The notes: generated by a model from the letters alone, not told the origin. A stretch of 64,000 nt of DNA from Eledone cirrhosa (GCA_964016885.1 OZ024749.1:54250001-54314000), one strand, 5' to 3'. Counted from the stretch's first letter, positions 1-16,859 are shown. Numbers and translations: made by a program.

Positions 1-257
1 AAAATGGAATTAAGAATAATATTAAATTAAGGTTTGTATATTGAAGGGTTTAATAATATGTGCAAGGAAAAGAATTTATTAATATGTATTATTAAAATAA
101 AAATATTAATGTTATTAAGGATATAATGTGAAAAGAAGGAGAAGAATGAATGAGTTATGAATTTAGAGGAATTAGTTAGGGTTTAAGTTTGTTTTTATGT
201 AATTTAATATGTGTACGTAAATAGTTTGTTTAAAATGAGCGCGGAAAGAAAGAAGAA

Positions 258-3804
<3,547 letters not shown>

Positions 3805-4708
3805 ATAACTTTGAATAACTTTGAAATGTTTTGGCCAGTATTGGCCCAGGCCATGTCTAACTTAATAGCACCACCTGGCGAAGTCTTTCAATTCAGGATT
3901 TGGGCACCATGGCCCATTCGAGAAGAGAATTACTGTTTGCGGAGACATATCCGGGTGTGGGTGGTTTGTCCGGGATTACTTGGAGGAATTTGTCCAAAGA
4001 CTTCTTGAATTTTGTGTGGTCAGTTTCTGTTTTGACGTGTCCTGGTGTGATGTTGAAGAGAGCAGGGCCGATTGAGGTGAAATAATTGTGCCGTATTGTT
4101 GTTATGAGTTGCGATTTAGATTTTTGAATGGGACGGATAGCACGGGGCCCAAGCCTTGGGTGTATCTTGAAGGCGATGCCAACATCATTTGGGCAGTGAT
4201 GATGGAACATTTTCCACATCATGCAGATAATATAACGCTCACGGCGACGTTGGAGTGAGTAAAGTTTCAGGTTTTCCAATCGACCCCAGTAGTCAAGGTC
4301 TGACATGCCATCTATCTTTTTCGTGATTGCCCTTTGAGGAGCTTCAAGTTTCATGATACTTTGTTTCGTGTGGGGAGACCACAGTGGACAACAGTATTCA
4401 AGGTGTGGTCGGGCGAAAGTAGAGAAGAGAAGGATAATGGTGCGGGAATCTCTCGACTGGAAGGTTCTGAGGATCCAGGAACACATTCTGCGGGCCATGT
4501 CAACTTTGCTGCTTATATGCGTGGTCCAGCTTATGTTGCTGTCCACGGTTACTCCCAAGTCTCTGATGTTGTTAGATGCCACGAGAGTTTCCCCGGAGGG
4601 AAGGGAGTACGGGAGTTTCAGAGCATCCTCTTTTCCAAAGTGGATCAGTTCGAATTTGTCTTCGTTCAGTAACATGTTGTTCTTTTCTGCCCATTGGGTA
4701 ACAGCCAG
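3805..4708 (-). mobile_element. 5'-truncated LINE of the CR1/L2 group (C-terminal part of reverse transcriptase ORF2 plus 3'UTR)
   Basis: Open frame 4675->3893, extendable upstream as [12 protein letters not shown]. Motifs N.DK...I.F, DLGV.VD, RP.LEYC.P.WSP, LYSL.RRR.R, GP.LFN, FK..LDK.L..IPD.P. Ends in a 10-bp tandem tail (ATAACTTTGA x2 on +, 3805-3824). Inserted in the microsatellite. Confidence 0.92.
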
Positions 4709-4991
4709 TTATATATATACATATCTATACATACATATATATATATATATACATATCTATACATACATATATATATATATATATACATATCTATACATAC
4801 ATATACATATCTATACATATATACACATACATATACATATCTATACATATATACATATCTATACATATCTATACATATATACATATATATTTATACATAT
4901 CTATACATACACATATATATGTATATACATATCTATACATACATACGTATATATATATATATATACACACACACATATTTATATATCTATA

Positions 4992-5023
<32 letters not shown>

Positions 5024-5531
5024 CATCTAGACATATATATATATACACACACATAGAGAGTATAGGTTTGTCTGCTTCTTAACAGTTTGCTTGCACAGTT
5101 CTCATTTATTTATCTATCTATGTACATAACATATATATATATGTGTATATATATGTTATGTATATATATGCTATGTATATATATTTATATATATATATAG
5201 CACATGTGTGCGTATATATGCTTACTCATGTTCACACACACATATATATATATCTATGTACATATAAATACAGTCATATACGTTCAGATTATACACCTGT
5301 GTGTATATATATGTATATATGTTCATGTATGTACAATTGACAAATATTTGTTTTTTACTCCGACCATACCGTGCATCTAGAAAATAGCGATTATATAAGG
5401 TTTCCAAGATGGATAAGGTGGCCACTAAAATATGTTCTATCGACTGATTGCTGTGTGGACCGGCATTAAAAATGGGATACAATTTGTCTCTATATCTCTA
5501 TCTATCCCACACATACTCACTCACCCACCCA

Positions 5532-5589
<58 letters not shown>

Positions 5590-6029
5590 TTCCCTGTCTG
5601 TTTCATATTCTGTGTGCCTCTCACATTTCCCTCTATATATTTTTGTATTCATGTTCTACTTGAAATGCATGATAGAATTTTAGAATCTCGGAATACTCTG
5701 CTGCATTCATTCAATTGCAAGTCAAACAAAGACACAAGTACATTTCATATGAAAGCATTAAATTCCTCCATATTTTCTCTGTTTTGTCAAATACGTTCAT
5801 TTTTCCCTTTCTTCTTCCAAGACACGAATATTTGTTACGTCTAATATTTCAAACGAAATTTCAACGACACTTCCAACTGCTATCATATAAAGTAACTTTA
5901 TATTCTATTCTAGAAGCAAAACAAGCCTAGAAATGTTAACAATGGTAACTTTAGCTATCGAGAGAACTCCTCAACACATTTTCTACAACTGCTAGAAATA
6001 GTAGTTGAGTGTTATATTGTTATTGCTTT

Positions 6030-6170
6030 CATTAAATGAGTACAAATCTCCGTCTAGGTTAGCTTTGCTTTTCATCCTTACTAAATAAAGTACCTGTCAC
6101 GCACTGACGTCGATTCGCCTCTCTTCAAAAATTGTTGGCCTTGTACCTAAATCAGAAACCATTATTATTT
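6030..6170 (+). mobile_element. tRNA-derived SINE family A, partial
   Basis: Degenerate core TTTGC(C)TTTCATCCTT...AATAAAGTACC and tail TTGGCCTTGT.CC.AAAT.AGAAAC, shared with many copies in the window. Confidence 0.7.
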
Positions 6171-6999
6171 CTTCTCTTGTCCTATCCAAGATTAGACCAA
6201 CTCCAATGACAGAAACAAACCTTCTTCGTGTTGGAACCAACAGAAAATTATCCAAGTCGACCCTGCTGACATAAAAAATGGTAAAATCTAAGATAAATCT
6301 AATATAAATACAATTGTAAATTATAAATATTGCTTTGAAAAGGTATAACAGTAAAAATATTCTGTAATTCTTTCCAGAAAAGCAAGAGATTGTCTTTACA
6401 TTTTTACCACAAGGCAAATATGCTTATCTATTCACTTACGAAAAGAATTAAACATCAAAGCAAGAGTATTGACTTTACGTTCATAAGGTGATGGGTTCGA
6501 ATTCTGGACTGGATTCGGTGTTGTCTTTTTAAGCAAAACACTTCATTTCATGTTGCCCCAGTAAATTGAAGGTATGTAGATATATATACGTACGTATATT
6601 TTTACACATGTGAGTATGTATTCACATATATATATATACACACACATATATAGAGAGAGATGGAGTGAGGATAGATAGATACGTGTGTATGGGGGTTTAC
6701 ATGCGTGTGGGTATATGTGCGTGCATGTTTAGTACTGTGTATATAGATATATGTACGAAAATATATATAGCACACGCACACACATGGATAGGCAAGTAAA
6801 ATAATCATATATATATATATACATGAGGTGTGTATTCATATGTACATTATGTTTGTGCGTGTGTGTGTGTGCGTGTGTGTGCGTGTGTGTGTGCGTGTGA
6901 TTATATGCGCCTGGGGTGGAGTATCGGTGAGAAAGCAAATATAATGCAGTGGAAAACTGCCAAACGGCGATAAATAAATGCAAACAAAAATATGAAATC

Positions 7000-7265
7000 T
7001 GTAGTCTTGTTTCTTGTAGGGGTCGGGTATATTTTGTCTGTGTGGTGTAGACACTTGTCCAACATAGGGATAAAGAACGTATTGAAAATATGTTTTTAGA
7101 AACGAGAGCTCGGCTAGGATTTCTATAGATCTTGTAAAGTCATCCTGTACAGACATGTAGCTGGAGGCAAATTCCAGGGTCTATACATCGCAAATAAACC
7201 AGGTTTTCTCTCATAACAAGTCTCTGAAATGTAATTCCAATGTTTGTATATTTGTCCAGACATGG
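7000..7265 (-). mobile_element. Possible old CR1-group LINE 3' fragment
   Basis: Broken frames give NIGITFQ and LDKCL...P.P, resembling DVGIAFK and LDKFL..IPDKP in the 3805-4708 element. Confidence 0.3.
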
Positions 7266-7499
7266 AGAGAAAGAGGATAGACTTGTGTTTGAAAGACACG
7301 ACAAGATTGGAATACGATAGGGATTCCTGATGAGACAAGAAACAAGAGACAAGATGCGAGGGAGAAAGAAGGAAATTATACACGTGCTCATGCGTGTATA
7401 ATTTCACAAACATACATGCACACACAACCCCCTCCTTCCTGCATGCATGCACTCACATGCAAACGCACTCACGCATATATATGTGTGTGTGTGTGACTA

Positions 7500-7572
7500 T
7501 ATATTTGTATATTCATGCATATATGTGCATACATATATGTATGCACATATATATGCATACATACATATATAT

Positions 7573-7615
<43 letters not shown>

Positions 7616-7641
7616 TATATATGCATACATACATATATATG

Positions 7642-7689
<48 letters not shown>

Positions 7690-7711
7690 TATGCATACAT
7701 ACATATATATG

Positions 7712-7753
<42 letters not shown>

Positions 7754-8216
7754 TATGCATACATACATATATATGCTTATATACATATATATATATATAC
7801 ACATATATATATATACACATATATATGCTTATATACATATATACACACGTATATGCTTATATACATATATACACACATATACACATATATATATACACAT
7901 ATATATGCATACATACATATATATGCTTATATACATACATACATATATATGCTTATATACATATATATATACATATATATATACGCTTATATACATATAT
8001 ATATATACATATATATATATATACACATACATACATATATATATATACGCATACATACATATATATATATACATACATACATATATACACATACATACAT
8101 ACATATATACACATACATACATATATATATACACATACATACATATATATATACACATACATACATATATATATACACATACATATATATATACACATAC
8201 ATACATATATATATAC

Positions 8217-8247
<31 letters not shown>

Positions 8248-8276
8248 CATATATACATATATGTACATACATACAT
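7500..8276. repeat. Compound (TA)n/(CATA)n microsatellite
   Basis: Directly visible. Confidence 0.95.
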
Positions 8277-8657
8277 GATAGCTGCCAACTCGTTTTCGAG
8301 TACGGCCACTACTTTATATCCATGTAGGTGAACCCCTACCGATACGCTGAACGAGTGTGACTTTTTAGTCCAGCCAGCGACTTGAAAACTCTGGTACAAA
8401 GACTACACTTGTGACAATTATTGACACATAGTGCTGGGCCCATGGTACCATGTGACGAGAAGTGCAGAGAGATCTCCAGATATAAAGCAATGCCTGTGCC
8501 GTGAAGCTTTTATAGTGAGCAAAGGCACTGCACAAAACCAGTCCCACTCTCTTAACCAAGATGATATTTACCAAAAAGAAGAACAAGTCAACATCATTGG
8601 ATACCATCAGGGTTGCAGGTGTTATATCAGAGTTTTCCTTCTAGAATTCTGCCTTGA
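8277..8657 (-). mobile_element. Internally deleted (bipartite) RTE-clade derivative: partial 5'UTR joined to the 3' terminus
   Basis: Minus strand begins with GAAGGAAAACTCTGAT and GAGTGGGAC...TGTGCA...CACTATAAA...CACAGG, a motif also present in the 26355-27069 element. It then reads [19 protein letters not shown] (RTE C-terminal zinc-finger-like), a CTCG-AAAA-CGAG hairpin and an (ATGT)n tail. Confidence 0.7.
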
Positions 8658-9058
8658 CATACATACATACATACATACATACATACATACATACATACAT
8701 ACATACATACATACATACATACATACATACATACATACATACATTTATATATATTTATATATATTTATATATATTTAAATGGAATAGAATAAAACGAAAT
8801 TTCATTTCTCACTCTTAGTTCGGAACTTACTTAAATGTAAGTATGTATGTATGTATACGTACATACATATTTGTATACAGACGTACAGTAGTATGTATAT
8901 ATATACATGCACACATATATATATATATGCACGTATCGTTTTACCGAACATTTATTATAATGCTCGGTTTGTTTGTTTGTAAACAAACAAACAGCCCTGA
9001 TTACACCGTACAGTGTTTAGGGAACCACGTCACCTTTTTGTTCAACACTGACACAGGA

Positions 9059-9101
9059 ACGATGTACTAGTTTCAAGCTTATTAGCTATCGTCAGCATCG
9101 T
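9059..9101 (-). ncRNA. Minimal type I hammerhead ribozyme
   Basis: ACGAUG-CUGACGA-U-AGCU-AAUA-AGCU-U-GAAA-CUA-GUA^-CAUCGU: 6-bp stem I, intact core, 4-bp stem II, palindromic ACUAGU stem III, GUA cleavage triplet. Confidence 0.85.
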
Positions 9102-9255
9102 ATACCTTCCTGCCAGATGGTTGAACGTCTGAAAGTATATACTTTCCTTATGCATATTAACGGCTGAGCAGCCGAATTTGCATATCGAGTGAGTTCAGTC
9201 GGCTGGGCGCACCGAAAACGATAAATGGAATAGAATGAAACTGGCAGGAAGGTAT

Positions 9256-9298
9256 ACGATGCTGACGATAGCTAATAAGCTTGAAACTAGTACATCGT
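9256..9298 (+). ncRNA. Minimal type I hammerhead ribozyme (inverted copy)
   Basis: Exact reverse complement of 9059-9101. Confidence 0.85.
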
Positions 9299-9506
9299 TC
9301 CTGTGTCAGTGTTGAACAAAAAGGTGACGTGGTTGCCTAAACACTGTACGGCGTAATGCGGGCTGTTTGTTTGTTTACAAACAAACAAACCGAGCATTAT
9401 AATAAATGTTCGGTAAACCGATACGTGCATATATATATGTGTGCATGTATGTATATATATATATATACATACTACTGTACGCCTGTATACATATATGTAT
9501 GTACGT

Positions 9507-9553
<47 letters not shown>

Positions 9554-9719
9554 CTTGCAGAATGCCCGGTGTTACCTAGACTGAAAAGTTGCTAGAAACG
9601 TCCCAGAATTTTCTCACTGAAGATATCTAATGCAGGGAACTACATATACAGGGGCCCTAACTGTTGAGGGAATTATAGGTGTCATATTGAAATACAGTGT
9701 TTCTAGGGCATTTTAAAAT

Positions 9720-9985
9720 CTGGTGGAGCCCATCTCTTCTCCAGGTGTGAATACAGCAGATTTCTTCCAGAGAAGGTGAGTGAGTGAGAGAAGAGAGAAA
9801 GAGAGATAGAGGAAGAGAGATAGAGGGAGAATCGACCCCAGTACTAGACTGGTACTTTTTTATCGACATTGAATGGATGAAAGGTAACCTTGGCAGGATT
9901 TTAACCCAGGGAAGAGAAAGCCCAAACCATTACCGCAAGGTGTTCTAGCCGACGTTCTAACGACTCTTCCCATTTACCACCTACT
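9720..9985 (-). mobile_element. SINE family A with an alternative extended 3' tail
   Basis: Core plus tail AGAAATCTGCTGTA.TCA.ACCTGGAGA.GAGATGGG, shared with the copy at 23215-23440. Confidence 0.75.
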
Positions 9986-10118
9986 ACAGATACGTGTTCA
10001 ATATGAATAATCAACATCATAATTCGATTGTGTAAATAGCTAATTGATGCACATGAAATAATGAGAACGTGATAAGTGAAATTGAAAACAGTTTTAATTA
10101 AATATATATATATATATA

Positions 10119-10371
10119 TTTTTTAAAAAATAGAGGTGTGACACACGAGTTGTGATATATTAGTAAAAAGGAAAAGAAAATGCTGACAAATGCTCGTGAT
10201 TTTTGCTCTAATCTGAGATTAGAGCAAAAATCACGAGCATCTATCACAAAATTATTTTTGAAAAGCATTAGAAATGCGCAACCGGTAAAAACTTATTACT
10301 AATTTATACTTATTCCTAATTAAACTATTTTTCACTGGGAAAAATTTGTCACCATTTTCTGTTCCTTTTTA

Positions 10372-10380
<9 letters not shown>
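10119..10380. repeat. Nested inverted repeats between (TA)n tracts
   Basis: Outer arms 10155-10191 and 10344-10380. Inner perfect palindrome 10190-10240 (25-bp arms, 1-nt centre). Confidence 0.85.
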
Positions 10381-10409
<29 letters not shown>

Positions 10410-10676
10410 CATTTTATATTTTTTCATTAAAATGTTTAATTCTTAAAAGTATTTCTATTTCTAATTTGAAGAAGAAACAAGACCGTCAGGAAATCAGCCA
10501 ACATTTGAAATAAAATCATTCGACGTATAAGGTTTGGAAAACAGAAGGCCCAGAGGTAACCAACATATCTAAATATTGGAACAAGCTACTCTGAAAAGTT
10601 CATAGGCTGATCAAGATACTCTCATGGAATGACCAAATGAGGTTTATCTTTCAACGGGAATCCACCATTATATATG

Positions 10677-10718
<42 letters not shown>

Positions 10719-10720
<2 letters not shown>

Positions 10721-11086
10721 GTAATAATAATAAAATTGAAGACTAAAATCCAAAGAGGGCTCGATAAGGAAAATATATATCAAATATATAAGAACCGTAG
10801 AGCAAATATTTATTAAAATAACAGATTAAAGTTTAAGCAAAGAATCGCTGCTTTCACCCTTAACGGGATCTTCTGAAACTAACAAAGTCAATCTGTGAAC
10901 GCAGAAGTGAATATTTCAAAAAACGTTGCAACCGGAGGAAGACAGGAAGACGATACTTTGGTTCGTGGAAACGTTCCCAGACAAAGAACGGGGAAAAAAA
11001 CGAATATAATATGTCATTATTTGGATCCCGTTAAGGGTGAAAGCAGCGATTCTTTGCTTAAACTTTAATCTGTTATTTTAATAAAT
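10719..11086 (-). mobile_element. Penelope-like terminal fragment with a 63-bp inverted duplication and degenerate hammerhead
   Basis: Perfect inverted arms 10808-10870 and 11024-11086. Minus strand reads CAGAAGA-U-CCC-GUUAA-GGG-U-GAAA, a hammerhead-like core with a substitution. Microsatellite flanks. Confidence 0.65.
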
Positions 11087-11105
11087 CTCTCTCTCTATAT
11101 ATATA

Positions 11106-11205
11106 CAGGATGTCTCCCAAAAATGTACACACACTTTTATTAGTTGTACAGGCAATATTTATTAGAATGCTGTTGAAGTGTATGTACATTTTTGGGGACA
11201 CACTG
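11106..11205. mobile_element. Tc1/mariner-type MITE
   Basis: About 30-bp imperfect TIRs (CAG..TGTC.CCCAAAAATGTACA.ACACTT) with TA on both sides. A second copy lies inverted at 42662-42750. Confidence 0.85.
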
Positions 11206-11246
11206 TATATATATATATATATGTATATATATTCATTCATATATAT

Positions 11247-11311
<65 letters not shown>

Positions 11312-11447
11312 AGACAGAGACAGAAATAAATATTCTCTGCAAATATCATTCAATTAATCGTTGTGTGGAAGGGAGATGATATGGCTGAGTATACCGGTGT
11401 GTATAAATAAATATACACTTAAATGTAAGCATGTATATATAATGTAG

Positions 11448-11520
<73 letters not shown>

Positions 11521-11858
11521 TACGATAAAGAGTGTTAAGGAGAACATTTACACATGTCATTGGAATGGAACTGTAGACAAATACAGAGAAATGTCAACAG
11601 TAATGACATGATGATGATAGAGGGGGAGGGGGGGGGGGGGGGGGGGGGGGTAGACAATGTCATTCATGTCTTCTGTATATACACGTATATATATATATAT
11701 ATATAAGGCCATGTATATGTGTGTGTGGTATGTGGCTTTATATGTATGTGTGTATGTTGATGTGTTCAGTGATACAAACGAATATCTGAACTAATTGTCT
11801 GTCATTTTCTGTTTGTTTTGAAAACCTAATCGAAAAACAATGTATGTATACATTTCTA

Positions 11859-12500
<642 letters not shown>

Positions 12501-12987
12501 ATACAACCATACGTTTCGGAACCAAAATAGAATGCTGGAGACGAGACATAGATGAGAAAATATAGATATCGACGTTGATATATGAAATATAAATAAGAAA
12601 GAGAATAAGGATTGAGAGAGCAAGAACTGTGGAGTCAACTGCCAGAAGAGACGGTAGTTAATAGCAATTATGATATTGCTATCAACACAACTACATCGTC
12701 TGCTTTTCAAGTCCGACAACTCATAATAGACATATTTATGTTAGCGACATCATTTCGTGTCTGTCTTTCGATTTGTTTTATATGTATTCTATTGTTTGTT
12801 TATTTTATTTGTTATATTATTGTTTTATTATTATTATTATTATTAGGATGATATATTTGCATTCTCGTACCTACACTTCCATAAACGTTCACAGACACAC
12901 ACTTAAACATACGCTCAAGCAGAAACATGGAGACACAGTCATATACATACACACACACTCACTCACACACACACATTAACTTGCACG

Positions 12988-13212
12988 GGATTGGCAGGGT
13001 CGGTAGAGCATCGGGCAAGATGCTTTGCAGCATAGAGTTTGCCCCGCCCCTACTCTCTACGTTCTGAGTCCAAATCCCGTCGAGGTTAGCTTTGCCTTTC
13101 ATTCTTACGGGGTCGATAAAATAAAGTACCAGTAATGTACTGGGGTCTATTTAATCGACTTTGCACTCCCTTAAATTGGTTGGCCTTTTGCCTACATCAA
13201 AATCCATCATCA
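12988..13212 (+). mobile_element. tRNA-derived SINE family A, full length
   Basis: A-box-like TGGCAGGGTCGG, B-box-like GAGTCCAAATCCC, core TTTGCCTTTCATTCTTACGGGGTCGATAAAATAAAGTACCAGT, and tail. Confidence 0.88.
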
Positions 13213-13993
13213 TAGACGTTAGTTACACATATGATTACTAGTAAGAGTATCTGGTCTTGCCAGGTTTATTAAAGCTAAAATAAATACAATCACGTGAATT
13301 CGTTATATCTTAGAAAAATTGCTTTGTAAATTTGATAATATTTAGTTGGTCTCAAAATATTCACTCAGTTCTAATTACTGCATCCAAGCATTTCAGATGG
13401 TGGTGGTTGTGGAGATGGGGTAATGTTGTATTTCATAACATTACACTCATAAATAAACAAACAAATTGAGAATGCAATGGCCACGTGGCCTAAGGTCTTC
13501 TCTTTACAAAGATGTGCTCCAATGGAAAAGTTCAACTACGTGTGTGAAAATTTGTGGCCTACAATATGGAACATAACTACATATATACATTTACTTTTAT
13601 ATACATTAATACATGTGTGTGTGTCTGCGTGTGTTCGTGTGCGTGTTTGATGTTGTGTAGTCTTGTAAAACTCGGGGCTTGGTTCATATATTCATCTTCT
13701 TAAGTTATAACACGTTTCCGCCTAAGGTTACAATACACAGTACAAGTTGCTGTGAGGAATCGTACGGGGTTTGTTTTGGACGTTTGGACATATTGTGAGT
13801 GTATTGGTAATATATATATATATATATACATGCACACCTATATATATATATATTATATATTGATATATATATATATATATTTAAACATATGCATATATAT
13901 GCATACATATAGATAGATGGGGAGGGGCATAAACAGAGTGGTATATTGATAGATAGATTAACATATAGATTGATAGATATGTCGACATACTGT

Positions 13994-14109
<116 letters not shown>

Positions 14110-14575
14110 ACAATATGGATGCTGACATTAAGATTAGTGAAAAGAGGAAAAAGTGATGTTGGAGAGGTTTCTCTCCCGCCAGGCAATGGAGTCATTCTAT
14201 AATGTTGCAGGCTTTCGTTGTGCCATTAGCAGGAAAATACCGTGAGATTTACGTCAAGCAGCGCCAAAGAAATAAGTAATAATATGACTTATTCAGACAA
14301 TGAAAGGAGAGACATATGGAAGAACTAGAACAATAAAAGCAACGATAGAAACTAGAGGAAAAACTTTAATAATAACAATAGTAACAGCGGGTGATGTTCT
14401 GTCACACTGGGACAAATAAATCCCCAATTTGGAAAATATAACTATAGGAGATATAGTTATATATAAAATGATATTGAAATATATGTACGTATATATTAGC
14501 ATGTAAAGAGGGTGTAGCCACTAATGTATGCCTATATATATATATAAACACGCATACACACACATATATATATAA

Positions 14576-14616
<41 letters not shown>

Positions 14617-14617
14617 A

Positions 14618-14648
<31 letters not shown>

Positions 14649-14649
14649 A

Positions 14650-14680
<31 letters not shown>

Positions 14681-14681
14681 A

Positions 14682-14712
<31 letters not shown>

Positions 14713-14840
14713 AACACACACACACACACACACATATATATATTTATATATAAACACACACACACATATATATATATAAATAAACACACACACACACATA
14801 TATATGTATATAAATAAACACACACACACACACACATATA

Positions 14841-14872
<32 letters not shown>

Positions 14873-14969
14873 AACACACACACACACACATATATATATA
14901 TAAATAAACACACACACACACATATATATGTATATAAACACACACACACACACATATATATATGTGTAC

Positions 14970-15002
<33 letters not shown>

Positions 15003-15102
15003 GTATATATATATATATACAGAGTGAGAGCCTATGGCTATATCTACCCCCACGATAAATGGCCTCTCAGGTCTCAGCACCGCAGACTCTCTCTCTCTAT
15101 AT

Positions 15103-15145
<43 letters not shown>

Positions 15146-15149
<4 letters not shown>

Positions 15150-15612
15150 AAAATTCTATTTAAAGTTGTTGGGATACAACAAGTAAATATTTTTATTACT
15201 GATATAAAGCACATCGACAAGTTTTTGGAGTAGATATACGATATTAATAAATGGAAACTATATTTATAAAACCATATTTATTTCATTATACATATTTCAG
15301 GGATACCACATTAAATTATGGTATGCCTTCATCAGAAAAAATACAATATATAACAGTTTTACAAATAGCTTTGACGTACCCTTTTAAAATGCAACCATTA
15401 CTTTTGGGGGCTGTCTGGATAGACTATCCAGACAGCCCCCAAAAGTAATGGTTGCATTTTAAAAGGGTACGTCAAAGCTATTTGTAAAACTGTTATATAT
15501 TGTATTTTTTCTGATGAAGGCATACCATAATTTAATGTGGTATCCCTGAAATATGTATAATGAAATAAATATGGTTTTATAAATATAGTTTCCATTTATT
15601 AATATCGTATAT
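15146..15612 (-). mobile_element. Penelope-like terminal fragment folded into a perfect 379-bp palindrome
   Basis: 15234-15612 is self-complementary about the single base 15423; the two track ORFs differ by one residue. Unique tail 15146-15233. (TA)n on both sides. Hammerhead core in each arm. Confidence 0.8.
15281..15341 (-). ncRNA. Hammerhead ribozyme core (weak stem I)
   Basis: CUGAUGA, long stem II AGG.AUACCAU/GUGGUAU.CCU, then GAAA-UAU-GUA. Stem I poorly paired. Mirror copy on + at 15505-15565. Confidence 0.6.
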
Positions 15613-15757
15613 ATATATATATATATATAATAAAATATAGAGAAAAATACTGCAGGTAGCACATGGATAACATGTAATAAAATGAGTCCCTCATCAGTGA
15701 TTTGCCGACGATCATCGATATTTCATTGCATTAAAAATCATATACCTCACGTCGGTG

Positions 15758-15794
<37 letters not shown>

Positions 15795-16103
15795 GTGTGT
15801 GTGTGCATAAAGACTAAACAGAAATAAAACACACAACATATATATCTGTGTGTGTGTATATGTGTATGATGTTGTGTGTGTCTATGGCTGTGTTAGATAT
15901 AAATTCATATTTTCTCTTTTGTTTGATATCTTCTGTGTTTACCTCAGTCTTTCTCCGTAGAAATATTTCTCATATCTTCCACTTTTAACTACATAAACAT
16001 ATTGAGCTTTGTATAAAACTAGCTCCCTACATATATACACAGTTTATTTTTACCCTTCCTATATATATATATATAGGAAGGGTAAATATATATATATTTA
16101 TAT

Positions 16104-16311
16104 AAAGGATAACAAAATATCGTTATAGGTAATCCAATTAGAGGTTGTTTTAGCGTACGGCGTTGTTTGACTCCACAAGAGGTTTACGTAGATGACGAGT
16201 TTATGATTTCACTTGTATTCCTATGTAAGTTTATCTTGGAGTAATAATATTGAAAGAGTGAAGAATAACATGGTCGACAGTACTGTTGACCATGTTATTC
16301 TCCACTCTTTC

Positions 16312-16314
<3 letters not shown>
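16104..16314 (-). mobile_element. TA-targeted element ending in a fold-back palindrome (same family as 48841-49107)
   Basis: Palindrome 16249-16314 (33-bp arms, no loop). Body blocks GGATAACAAA...GTTATAGGTA.TCCA.TTAGA, GTTTGACTC.ACAAG and CTTGGAGTAAT match the reverse complement of 48841-49107. Confidence 0.75.
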
Positions 16315-16350
<36 letters not shown>

Positions 16351-16859
16351 TTCAAATATATATATTTATACTCTGCTATGTATTGCGTACCTTACTTACT
16401 GTGGTTACCTCCGATTGAACCCGGGATACACACATACACATATATATATATATATATATACAACTGTATGTATGTGTAAACATACATACCTTCCTAATTG
16501 CATACATGCATTCATATATGCACACACACATCCCTCTCTCTCTATATATATATATACATACACATATCCATAATGTAATGCATACATAAATACATACGTA
16601 AGCAGACATATTTTAAGAAAGTCAAAGTTCATTGACCTCAGCATTCATCCACCTTCGTTGGTTAAAGAAATCGTCAGACATTGTTTGTTTATTATACAGC
16701 GGAACCACCTTAGTTGTGTATATAATATAGAGTGTGTATATATATTATAGATATAGATATATATTCCACTTGTAGACGGTCTACTGGTGTTGAACTATTG
16801 CCAATTATATATTATACAACATTCTGATGAGAGCAAGAACCCCTATTGGAGTATGGGCG

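Larger units (their letters stand above)
8776..9559 (-). mobile_element. Penelope-like/retrozyme insertion with a long inverted duplication
   Basis: Inverted arms about 8836-9116 and 9241-9559, each with a hammerhead. Direct repeat TAAATGGAATAGAAT at 8776 and 9222. TA-rich flank. Confidence 0.75.

Noticed and set aside
1-257. C-poor strand-skewed segment, possible mitochondrial insertion
   Set aside because: No recognisable mitochondrial gene or rRNA motif, and truncated by the window edge.
9552-9600. Possible Helitron 3' end on the minus strand
   Set aside because: Hairpin and CTAG terminus are too degenerate, and no partner end was found.
15628-15760. CUGAUGA on the minus strand in a TA-flanked island; other lone cores at about 7327, 16826 and 42785
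   Set aside because: No properly placed GAAA or stems, so not called hammerheads.
16049-16087. Small palindrome TTTACCCTTCC-(TA)n-GGAAGGGTAAA
   Set aside because: Real but too short to assign; probably a local template switch in the TA tract.
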